Of a DNA stretch of 64,000 bases, positions 1 through 11,600 are shown piece after piece (the stretch's first letter is position 1; each line of letters opens with the position of its first letter). The DNA comes from Macrostomum lignano. Taxonomy: Eukaryota. The notes under the pieces are model-generated. The model did not search any database and was not told the origin of the DNA. It was given only the letters and a program-made list of their open reading frames with translations. Location: the NCBI GenBank assembly GCA_002269645.1, contig NIVC01000044.1:62001-126000 (forward strand), written 5' to 3'. A program made the translations under genes and the position numbers.

Positions 1-231
1 CTCTTTGACAAACCCTGGCCAAAGTCGAGAAGCTTGCCGTGCGTGCTTGATAAACAGCGAGAAATAAGAGACAGACAGTCTCGCGAGACTCGCGGCCTCA
101 GATGTGATGAAGAAAGAAATAGGGAAATGTTGTAGCGAATTTTTCTGCTTTTTTAAACGTTTGACTGCCTTTTAACTTATGCGAGAATTAAATGACACCC
201 GGTAAATATTGGATTGGGAGTGGGAGAGGGG

Positions 232-2040
232 GAAGAGAGGGAGAATGAGAGGGAGAGAGAGGAGAATGAGAGGGAGAGAGAGGAGAATGAGAGGCAGAGA
301 GAGAGGAGAATGAGAGGGAGAGAGAGGAGAATGAGAGGCAGAGAGAGGAGAATGAGAGGGAGAGAGAGGAGAATGAGAGGGAGAGACAGAAGAATGAGAG
401 GGAGAGACAGAAGAATGAGAGGGAGAGAGAGAGGAGAATGAGAGGGAGAGAGAGGAGAATGAGAGGCAGAGAGAGGAGAATGAGAGGGAGAGAGAGGAGA
501 ATGAGAGGGAGAGACAGGAGAATGAGAGGGAAAGAGAGGAGAATGAGAGGGAGAGAGAGGAGAATGAGAGGCAGAGAGAGGAGAATGAGAGGGAGAGACA
601 GGAGAATGAGAGGGAGAGAAAGGAGAATGAGAGGGAGATACAGGAGAATGAGAGGCAGAGAGAGAGAAGAATATGAGAGGCAGAGAGAGGAGAATGAGAG
701 GCAGAGACAGGAGAATGAGAGGGAGAGAGAGGAGAATGAGAGGCAGAGAGAGGAGAATGAGAGGGAGAGACAGGAGAATGAGAGGGAGAGAAAGGAGAAT
801 GAGAGGGAGATACAGGAGAATGAGAGGCAGAGAGAGAGGAGAATGAGAGGCAGAGAGAGGAGAATGAGAGGGAGAGACAGGAGAATGAGAGGGAGAGAGA
901 GGAGAATGAGAGGGAGAAAGAGGAGAAGAAGAGGGAGAGAGAGGAGAATGAGAGGGAGAGAGAGGAGAATGAGAGGCAGAGACAGGAGAATGAGAGGGAG
1001 AGACAGGAGAATGAGAGGGAGAGACAGGAGAATGAGAGGGAGAGACAGGAGAATGAGAGAGAGAGAGACAGGAGAATGAGAGGGAGAGAGAGGAGAATGA
1101 GAGGCAGAGAGAGAGGAGAATGAGAGGCAGAGACAGGAGAATGAGAGGGAGAGACAGGAGAATGAGAGAGAGAGACAGGAGAATGAGAGAGAGAGACAGG
1201 AGAATGAGAGAGAGAGACAGAAGAATGAGAGGGAGAGACAGGAGAATGAGAGAGAGAGACAGGAGAATGAGAGGGAGAGACAGGAGAATGAGAGGAAGAG
1301 ACAGGAGAATGAGAGAGAGAGAGAGAGGAGAATGAGAGGGAGAGACAGGAGAATGAGAGAGAGAGACAGGAGAATGAGAGAGAGAGAGACAGGAGAATGA
1401 GAGGGAGAGACAGGAGAATGAGAGAGAGAGACAGGAGAATGAGAGGGAGAGACAGGAGAATGAGAGGGAGAGAGAGGAGAATGAGAGGGAGAGACAGGAG
1501 AATGAGAGAGAGAGACAGGAGAATGAGAGAGAGAGACAGGAGAATGAGAGGGAGAGACAGGAGAATGAGAGGGAGAGACAGGAGAATGAGAGAGAGAGAC
1601 AGGAGAATGAGAGAGAGACAGGAGAATGAGAGAGAGACAGGAGAATGAGAGGGAGAGACAGGAGAATGAGAGGCAGAGATAGAGGAGAATGAGAGGGAGA
1701 GAGAGGAGAATGAGAGGGAGAGAGAGGAGAATGAGAGGCAGAGAGAGGAGAATGAGAGGCAGAGAGAGGAGAATGAGAGGGAGAGACAGGAGAATGAGAG
1801 GGAGAGAAAGGAGAATGAGAGGGAGAGAGAGGAGAATGAGAGGGAGAGACAGGAGAATGAGAGGCAGAGAGAGGAGAATGAGAGGGAGAGACAGGAGAAT
1901 GAGAGGGAGAGAAAGGAGAATGAGAGGGAGAGAGAGGAGAATGAGAGGGAGAGACAGGAGAATGAGAGGCAGAGAGAGGAGAATGAGAGGGAGAGAAAGG
2001 AGAAGGAGAGGGGGAGGAGAGAGGAGAGAAGAGAAGAGGA
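232..2040. repeat. GA-rich ~18-bp minisatellite (gagaggagaatgagaggga)
   Basis: Tandem units seen directly. Confidence 0.95.
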
Positions 2041-2774
2041 GGAGAGTGATAGAAAAGGCAAATCCACACGACAGTCCAGCCGCAGCCAAGACGGAGGCCC
2101 GTGCACGATCAGCCACAGTAGTAATCAAGTGCAATTATAATCAGACAGAAATAAAGAAGACAGCGGAGAGATCAGAGGCACAGTTGGAGTAAGCCCGATA
2201 AAAACGATACAAACAGAATGCTTGGCAACGAAAGGGCGGTAAAATGATTGAATATTTTGGTTAATTCGGTCAAGACAGACGTGTGCGCGGTCATGCATGA
2301 TTTGTGCATATTTGCATCTTATTACAGGTAATAATTATTAGCTATCAGCTCCCTTCGTGATCAGCCACTCTGTGAATTACTTTCTATAGTCTTGTTATAC
2401 AAGTATCTTAGGAGAAGATGAGATTCTTTTATGGCCTACTTGACCCAATAGCTATCATTCGTGTCTCACCACTCCGCTCCACGCAAGCAGATTATCTTTA
2501 GCTAAGAGGGCAGATTAGTGAAGATAAGCCGTCTAGATTATACACTATTTGGTTGGATAAATTATAAAGAGCAGAAGATTGATGGATTCGACCTAAGAGT
2601 AAGAATGCTGCATGAAATGTTGGGACAAATATGGGCGGGAAAGGGATTTGGGGATTTCTATCGATTGATGAAGGAATTGCTTTTTTTCTTGATTTCCAGG
2701 TCTGCCAAAACAAATTCGAATATGAAGCTGATGTAGAATAAATGACCAGGAATTTTTTTATTTTTAATTTTTAA

Positions 2775-3410
2775 AGGGAGTTCAAGCTTTTTTAAAGGGG
2801 AATTCAAGCTCTTTCTAGGGGGAATTCAAACTTTTAAAGAGGAATTCAAGCTCCTTCTAATGGGGAATTCACGCTTTTTCTATTGGGAATTTAAGCTTTT
2901 CTGCAGGGGAATTCAAGCGTCTTCTAAAGGGCCATTCAAGCTTTTTCTGAGGGGAATTCAAGCTTTTTTTCTAAGGAGAATTCAAGCTTTTTCTAAGGGG
3001 AATTCAAGCTTTTTCTAAGGGGAATTCAAGCTTTTTTCTAAGGGAATTCAAGCTTTTTCTAAGGGAATTCAAGCATTTTTCTAAGGGGAGTTCAAGCTTT
3101 TTTCTAAGGGGAACTCAAGCTTTTTCTGAGGGGAATTCAAGCTTTTTACTAAAGGGAATTCAAGCTTTTTTCTAAGGGGAACTCAAGCTTTTTCTGAGGG
3201 GAATTCAAGCTTTTTCTAAGGGGAATTCAAGCTTTTTCTAAGGGGAACTCAAGCTTTTTCCAAGGGGAATTCAAGCTTTTTCTAGTGGGAATTCAAGCTT
3301 TTTCTAAAGGGAATTCAAGCTTTTTCTAAAGGGAATTCAAGCTTTTTCTAAAGGGAATTCAAAATTTTTCTAAGGGGGAATTCAAGCTTTTTCTAAAGGG
3401 GAATTCAAAC
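2775..3410. repeat. ~21-23-bp minisatellite (ggggaattcaagctttttctaa)
   Basis: Tandem units seen directly; each carries GAATTC and AAGCTT. Confidence 0.95.
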
Positions 3411-4500
3411 TCTAAAGTGACCTTGTTTGAGGGGAATAAAGCCAGGAGGAATTCAAGTTGAAAGGCAATTCAATCTACTAGAAATTCCTGTGACGGTAAT
3501 TTTTTACCGTTCAAAAACTTTCTGAACATAAAAAATTTGCGTTTAGAAAAAAAAACTAAAAGATTTTCAACTGCCCTTGATTAGAGCAGATCTCTAAGCA
3601 CAGACAGACAATTGCTAAAATCAACCCAGCTAAATCGAAGTCAAAGGGCCCAGTGACGGGATTCTGACAGGGGCCAACTGTGAAGTTCAGATTAAGTGGG
3701 AGACGGGGAGGAGTAAGTGAGGGGAGAAGAAAAAAAACGGAATTCACGCGATCCAGGCGCTCAGGGATCGGGGAGAGCAGAGCGACGGGCAAGGGCTGCA
3801 GGATTTCTGGCCGAGAAGGCAGGCGAGCCGCGGACCCCATCAAAAGTGATGGGGAAGAGCGAATAGGGGGATTTTCAACAAATTGAAACTGTCAGCGACT
3901 GCAAGCGGCTTGGGGGCGGCTTCCGTTGGATTTCTCCTCCATCAAGGAGGCCTTTAAACTACAGTCTGGAGTCACTGGAGTCATGACTCTTCTCCAAGGC
4001 AATCTTTGTTTTCGATGAACAGACGTTTTCCCACTTCTCAAATTAATTGATTAAAATCGTTTCCGTACACAAACTGAAGAACAACAGTCAGCCAATAGTT
4101 GTCTGAAAATGGTGAGCTGCTAACTCCAGATTTTGTTTCTGGGCCTCCCTGGCTCTCTCCTCTCGGCTTTTGAAATGGGGATCACGAATGGGGGAAAAAT
4201 TGAAGCTGGATTCCGCTCGGCTGATTGCTGCCAGCAGGGATGGGGATCACGGATTCCCCATCTGACTGCGCCGCAGCGGAAGTGGGGCCCTCAGATTTTT
4301 TCAAAAGATAACAAGTCTGTCCCTGCGTGTGTCTTGTTCGATCTTTGCAGCTCGCTTTTATTGGCTTCTTTGTCTGCGCAAATTCTGACTTTGCAGCTGG
4401 GTGGCCCAGCGACTGTTTTCGAAATGATCTGCGTTTGTTCACGATTGGCCCGTGGAATGGCTATAATGGCGTTTTCCGGTTCTGTATGAGGTAAGATAGG

Positions 4501-4675
<175 letters not shown>

Positions 4676-5177
4676 GTGAGGACATGAGCAGACACGAGAG
4701 AAAATGGACAGCAGAGAGATGGGCCGGGAAATGGCTGGTGCAAATGCATTAGCAGCAAGCAATGCACACTCCAAGCAGCAAAGTAAGACAATGGGCTACA
4801 CTGAGAGACAATGCCAAGTGGGTAAAGAAGTGGCCGCAGAGCAGAATGGGCCATTCAGATTTTTAACAGAAGCGCCACTGATTATTTCAGATTTTCAGTA
4901 TCGGTAAGGACTGGGGGCGGAATGGGGAGAGAAAAAACGCTCTGAAATCCGATTCTAGGAATTTATCCGAGTGAATCGTCTGGGTGGGGTTGGGGCAGTC
5001 CATTGTGTTAAAAAAGGCAAGAATCCCACACAGTTCTGTCTATTTTATAGAAATTTCTACATTTTTTTCTCTTTGTCCAATGAAGAGACAAGCAAGACCC
5101 AACCCAAGAGATAATGCTAGCCAGGATTACAGGTGGAAGAAGACCACGGATGTCCGTTACAAATCCTCTCAATTCTC

Positions 5178-5265
5178 TCATACAGTCGCAGATCAAGGAG
5201 GACTTAAACTAGAGCCTGGATCGAGTCGCAACCCTTCTGGAGGCAGCCTGGCGCAGCGCCTTCAA
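5178..5265 (+). repeat. Dispersed repeat copy A (unclassified)
   Basis: tcatacagtcgcagatcaaggaggact...tggaggcagcctggcgc is closely similar to 7817-7920. Confidence 0.8.
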
Positions 5266-5697
5266 CAACATCATTCCGCAACAATCGCTGATGGCAGTTC
5301 GTATCTTGAAATGTATTTAATTTAAAGGAAGAATCGGTACCTCCGGGTCTCCTTGTTAAAAGCTCAACCTTTTCGGCTGACCGGAAGTGGCTACAGCCGG
5401 AAATGTCTTCTTCAGTTGGATAAGAAGAGAATGATTTTATGTGCCATATTTGATAAAAGAAATTATAGTCACAGTGAATTAGGGTTACTCAATAGGGTTG
5501 CGTAATCAGAAATATGAATATGGTATTCAAGTGGGGCTACTTATATAGTCTTATTGTATTGTAGACTTATTGAGATTTTGAAGAGAATTTTTATTCATAG
5601 CGTACTTGCTAATGCAACTTACTGGTGGTAAAAGCAGGACAACTGGCTCAAGGTGGAGAAAATATTCTTAAAGGAAGGGGCGTACTTGCCTCAACAA

Positions 5698-8600
5698 TTA
5701 TCGGGCTCGCTTGGAAACACAGTTAAGGAGGGGGCACACGAAGACACCTTGACACCCGTGTGGAGCCACTTGAACCTATAAAAACCCCTGAAGTCCCTGA
5801 AGTCTCTGAAACCCCCGAAGTCTCTGAAACCCCTGAAGTCCCTGAAGTCTCTGAAACCCCTGAAGTCTCTGAAACCCCTGAAGTCCCTAAAGTCTCTGAA
5901 ACCCCTGAATTCCCTGAAGTCTCTGAAATCCCTGAAGTCCCTGAAGTCTCTGAAACCTCTGAAGTCCCTGAAGTCTCTGAAACCTTTGAAGTCCCTGCAA
6001 AGTCTCTGAAACTCCTGAAGTCCATGAAGTCTCTGAAACCCCTGAAGTCCTGGAAAGTCATTGAAGCCGCTGAAATCCATTGGGCACCCGGACTCACCCT
6101 CGCCGTTTTGAAGTCGTCGCCGCCACCACCAGGCGAATCCAGAAGCAGTTTGGGCCCGAAAGCCGCCGCCGCTGTCGCAGCAGCTGAAGTCGGCGTCCCG
6201 ACCGCAGCGGCTGAAGTTCCAGTCGGCGATGTCGGATAATCGAAGTGAGACATCGGCAGGCCGCCGACAATCAACCGGATGTCCGGTTTGCCGCCGCCGT
6301 CGCCGCCGCCGCCGCCGCCGCCGCCGATGCCGCCACTCGTGGTGGAAGCGGGAGCTCTCCGACCAAGTCTGTTTTTCCCTTTGGCCAGGAGCAGCAAGAT
6401 GAGGCACAGAATGGCCAGGACAGCGGCTGGAATCGCCAGGCAGCCAAGCAGGAGCAGACCGCGACCTCCCAGACTCCCACCGACACCGCCGCCGCTGCCG
6501 CCGCTGCCATCGGCGAGCGAGTTCTGCTTGCCTCGGCCACCCGCCGACGTCGAAGGCGGCTGCTGCGGCACCTGCGGCGACTGCGGGTCCGGCCTCGGCT
6601 TCTCCGGCGGCAGGTCGACCAGGGAAACTCGAAGGTCGATGTCGGTGGACTGAGACGGCTGGCCGCGGTCTCTGACTGACAGGCGCAGCTGGTACACCCC
6701 GGCGTCGCTGGGGGCCAGAGTCCTGGCGGCGAAGAGGCGTCCGGTGACCGGATCCACATCGAAACGGCCGCCGCCGCTGTCGCCTGTGGAATGGGGAAGG
6801 TGGAATTGATCACGATCAAGGCTGGTGAAGGACTCGGGTTGGTGAAGGATTCGGGTTGGTGAATGATTCGGGTTGGTGAAGGATTCGGGTTGGTGAATGA
6901 TTCGGGTTGGTGAATGATTCGAGTTGGTGAATGATTCGGGTTGGTGAATGATTCGAGTTGGTGAATGATTCGAGTTGGTGAATGATTCGGGTTGATGAAG
7001 ATTCGGGTTGGTGAATATTAAGACACAGCAAACTGCCCAGTCAAGAAACATTAGACCCAATCGACTCGCTCACCCAGCAACGAGTACACCAGCTCAGAGT
7101 TCGGCCCCTCGTCCGGGTCTGTCGCCTGCAGCTCGGCCACCGTCGCCCCTGCGGGGTTCCTGAACGAGCTGTCTATGGTAGTGTTGGGCTGGCTGGGGAA
7201 CATAAACCGGGGCGGGTTGTCGTTCGAGTCCGTCACCTGCGGGGCGGGGGATTTCGAAGTTGGTGAATATTTGGTGAATTCATCATTTGTGAATTGGTGA
7301 AACGATAAATCGTCACTCGATAAATTTATACTAGGTTTGCTGAATTATGGTAGGATTGGTGAATTATCGTAGGAATTGCTGAATTGGTGAACTATCCGAG
7401 TGTTAGTGAAGCATCGCAGGATTGGTGAAGTTGGAGAAATTCATTTCTAATTTGCAACATTTCATCCTTGCAAACTTGCGAAGGTCAGTCTTGTTTCTAA
7501 TGGAAACGGTGCCCAGAGAGATTTGCAAGTAGCCTCGTGCAAAAAATTGACCCCCCGCCCTAAGGATCATTGCTGACCTCCCGGAGCCCGCTGGGACCAA
7601 TTAGTGAGAGAATTACGCAATAAAACCCTTTCTGACAAGCTCTCTTGGCATGTCTTTGAAGGCCTTTGCCATACCCCCCCCCCAACAACAACAGGCTTTG
7701 ACACGCTATGCAGGCGCAGTCACCAGTCAAGCCTCAATCTGAATCAGCGGCTTACAAACCATCTGCATGGTTGTTAATGGAAGAAGCTGGCGACATTACC
7801 GTTTTTACGGCAAGCTTCATACAGTCGCAGATCAAGGAGGACTTTGAACTAGAGTCTGGATCGAGTTGCAACCCATCTGGAGGCAGCTTGGCGCCATCGT
7901 CCCACAACCAGCGCCTTGAAGCACAGCACTCATACACTCGCTCATGCAGGGTGTACAGCTGCCCTTCGGCGAGAGTCTGAGCTGCTCTGTCCCTCGACAC
8001 AGCTTGGTGCTCGTATTTTTGGCTACAATCGACTAAAGAAACTTTCCTGCATCATCAATTTTTTCTTGATTTAGCTCGTACCATTTTGATAAGAACTACC
8101 CGTCCAAGCTCTAGCTGCAGGCATCCTTGACACTGTGCCGGCAGCTCATAAAACTTGCCAGGAGGCCCAGCAGGAAAAAAAACATAAGTTTGCGCTGCCC
8201 TCAAAGTCAAGGTTTGTAAATTGGTCGCTAAATGGTTATTACCCCCCCCCCCCATCACCTTTCTCTCCCGGAAAAATCCCTGTAAACAGGTGACCCCCCT
8301 CTGGTCCCAAGGGAGCCTCGGGTCCCGCCGACAGTTGCCAACCAAAAATTAGTCACTTAGGAGAGGCCCAAATGCCTCGGGAGGGGACTTACCCCCCCTC
8401 ACCACAACCCCAACTTTTTTGTTCGTCAAACACTTTTTCATCCCCCCCCTGTTACGCCTGCCTGCGACTGCTTGGTCTCTGCGGCTCGCTCTCCATTGCT
8501 TCTAAAAGCGGCAAGTCCAGTTTTGAAAAGCCCGGGAAAGCCCGTGACAGCTGCCTCTCCATCCCGACATCTCTGATCCCCTTCTAACTCTCCTGCGCCA

Positions 8601-11600
8601 CAGCGCTGCCTGTTATCCCCATGAGGGAAAAACTGCGAGGCAGTAAGGGAAATATCCCCATCCCCATATCTGGGTAGATAGGATAAGCAAGATTGGTGAT
8701 TTTTTAAAACCCGCGCTTAAAATCAACACTGTGTCCCGCCGCTAAGGTGGACTGTTCTTTCCCGTCCCTCAATAATCCTCCTCCATTTCACCATGGCTAC
8801 CGGAGGTGTTGCTCTTTTTGTGTGTTTCTGTGTGTTTCTATTTCCTTTTTTGTCTCTTACTCTCTCACCCCTCTTTCTCACCCCTCTAACTCACCCCTCT
8901 CTCTCTCACCCCTCTCTCTCTCACCCCTCTCTCTCTCTCACCCCTCTCTCTCTCACCCCTCTTTCTCACCCCTCTAACTCACCCCTCTCTCTCTCTCACC
9001 CCTCACTCTCACCCCTCTCTCTCACCCCCCTCTCTCTCTCTCACCCCTCTTTCTCACCCCTCTCTCTTACTCCTCATTCTCACCCTCTTTCCCACCCCTC
9101 TCTCTTACTCCTCATTCTCACCCTCTTTCCCACCCCTCTCTCTCTCTCATTCCTCTTTCTCACCCCTCTCTCTCATTCCTCTTTCTCTCCCCTCTTTCTC
9201 ACCCCTCTTTCTCACCCCTCTTTCTCACCCCTCTTTCTTAAGCCTCTTTCCCATCCCTCTTTTTTAAGCCTCTTTCCCATCCCTCTCTCTCACCCCCCTC
9301 TCTCTCACCCCTCTCTCTCACCCCCTCTCTCTCACCCCTCTCTCTCTCACCCCTCTCTCGCACCCTCTCTCTCACCCCCTCTCTCGCACTTCTCTCTCTC
9401 ACCCCTCTCTCGCACCCCTCTCTCTCACCCCCTCTCTCTCACCCCTCTTTCTCACCCCTCTCTCTTACTCCTCATTCTCACCCTCTTTCCCACCCCTCTC
9501 TCTCTCATTCCTCTTTCTCACCCCTCTTTCTCACCCCTCTTTCCCATCCCTCTCTCTCACCCCTCTCTCTCTCACCCCTTTCTCTCTCACCCCTTTCTCT
9601 CTCATTTCTCTTTCTCACCCCTCTTTCTCACCCCTCTTTCTCACCCCTCTTTCTCACTACCCTCTCTCTCTCACCTCTCTCTCTCACCCCTCTTTCTCAC
9701 CTCTCTCTCTTACCCCTCTTTCTCACCCCTCTCTCTTACCCCTCTTTCTCAACCCTCTCTCTTACCCCTCATTCTCACCCTCTTTCCCACCCCTCTCTCT
9801 CACCCTCTCTCTCTCATTCTCTCTCTCATATTGTCTCTTACCCTTCTAACCCTCACTCTACCCCCTCTCACCTCTCTCAATCTCTGTCTGCATCTCCCAA
9901 AAAAGGAACTGTGCGCACCCGTCCCACTGTTCTACCAATGCAAGATCCGCCTGTAGCTAAAGCATGAATTTGAGTAAACTGGGATGCATAATTAATCAAT
10001 ACAATATGCTCAAAACAGCTCAATACAACTTGCTGAGGTTGTTAAAACTTGCGTAACCTGATAAATAGTGTCTTCTCTTCATTTTGAGGGGCTATAATTG
10101 TGTACTCATTGCAGTTTTAATGCAGTCTTTTATGATCTACAATGAAATCTACGTTGGGATGAGGGATGTTTGGAAAATGATGGGCGGGGATTAACCCGAC
10201 GTTTTAAGGCAGAACAGCAGCCAGAGCCTTTGTTCAAAGTGATTTTATAACAAAAAACAGAGCAGTTCAGGTCAGTTTAACTCATTGAACCTCTGTAAAC
10301 TTGTAGTTTTGTACAGTTAAGTTATCTGATTTAAGATTCTGAAGGTTGAGGAGTCGGAACTATCCCTAGGGAAAATTAGCTAAGGTTAGGGAGGCCACTG
10401 TTGGGAATGCAGACAGTTTAAACCCAGCTCACAGTTCTCAATAATGAGGGAAATCTGCCCGTGATTAAGTTATAGAGGTCTCAGTGAGAAGCTAGCAGAA
10501 GTAGACAAATAGGACAGGTAGATAGACAGTGAGAAAGTGAGAAGGAGATAGGTAGATAGACAGTGAGACAATGAGAAGGAGACAGGTAGATAGACAGTGA
10601 GACAGAGAAGAGACAGGCAGACACACACAGAGGAGACAGGCAGACACACAGATGAGACAGGCAGATACACACAGAGGAGACAGGCAGACACACAGAGAAC
10701 AGACAGGGAGACACACAGAGGAGACAGGCAGACACACACAGACGAGACAGGCAGACACACAGAGAACAGACAGGGAGACACACAGAGGAGACAGGCAGAC
10801 ACACAGAGAACAGGCAGACACACACACAGAGGAGACAGGCAGACACACACACAGAGGAGACAGGCAGACACACACAGAGGAGACAGGCAGACACACACAC
10901 AGAGGAGACAGGCAGACACACACAGAGAACAGAAAGGGAGACACACAGAGAACAGACAGGCAGACACACACAGAGGAGACAGGCAGACACACACACAGAG
11001 GAGACAGGCAGACACACACAGAGAACAGAAAGGGAGACACACAGAGAACAGACAGGCAGACACACACAGAGGAGACAGGCAGACACACACAGAGGAGACA
11101 GGCAGACACACAGAGAACAGACAGGCAGACACACACAGAGGAGACAGGCAGACACACACAGAGGAGACAGGCAGACACACAGAGAACAGACAGGCAGACA
11201 CACACAGAGGAGACAGGCAGACACACAGAGGAGACAGGCAGACACACAGAGGAGACAGGCAGACACACAGAGGAGACAGGCAGACACACACACAGAAGAC
11301 AGGCAGACAAAAATACAAGTAGATTGAGACAACTACGAGCTAAAGAACCGGCAGGAATCAAGCATCGAATTCGGTGTCAAATCCGCTCCAAGTTTTTTGT
11401 TGTCAAACAGCCCCGTAGAGCGGATGCGCGCAAGCAACAGTCTGTCTCCAGCTGGGGCAGCTGCTCGATAAATGCCAACTAAGGAAATCTGACACTGGCG
11501 GCACAGGCAAGCCAGCCAGGTAAGGCTGAAGATACTTGGGTGAAGCTAAGCTAAATTATATACAATATAGACTTACTAATTTTCAAAAAAGATGAACTGT

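Noticed and set aside
77-90. Perfect 14-bp palindrome AGTCTCGCGAGACT containing the TCTCGCGAGA promoter motif
   Set aside because: Single occurrence with no gene start identifiable nearby in the window; motif function is established in vertebrates only.
172-2134. Long ORFs in the track over repeats (e.g. 172-2134, 8793-9956, 10470-11482, 36763-38046, 49672-51321, 55001-56247)
   Set aside because: Open only because the repeat unit lacks stops; open in several frames or strands; translations are periodic.
3840-4481. Further protocadherin 3' exons (acceptor at 4482; coding-like stretches near 4440-4290 and 3985-3890)
   Set aside because: Phase does not match the 6098 donor except for a 6-residue product; no recognisable motifs; more likely 3' UTR or flank.
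11330-11525. Coding-like unique island between the inverted arrays, with a plus-strand donor at 11520
   Set aside because: All frames stop within ~50 codons and no partner exon or homology is recognisable.
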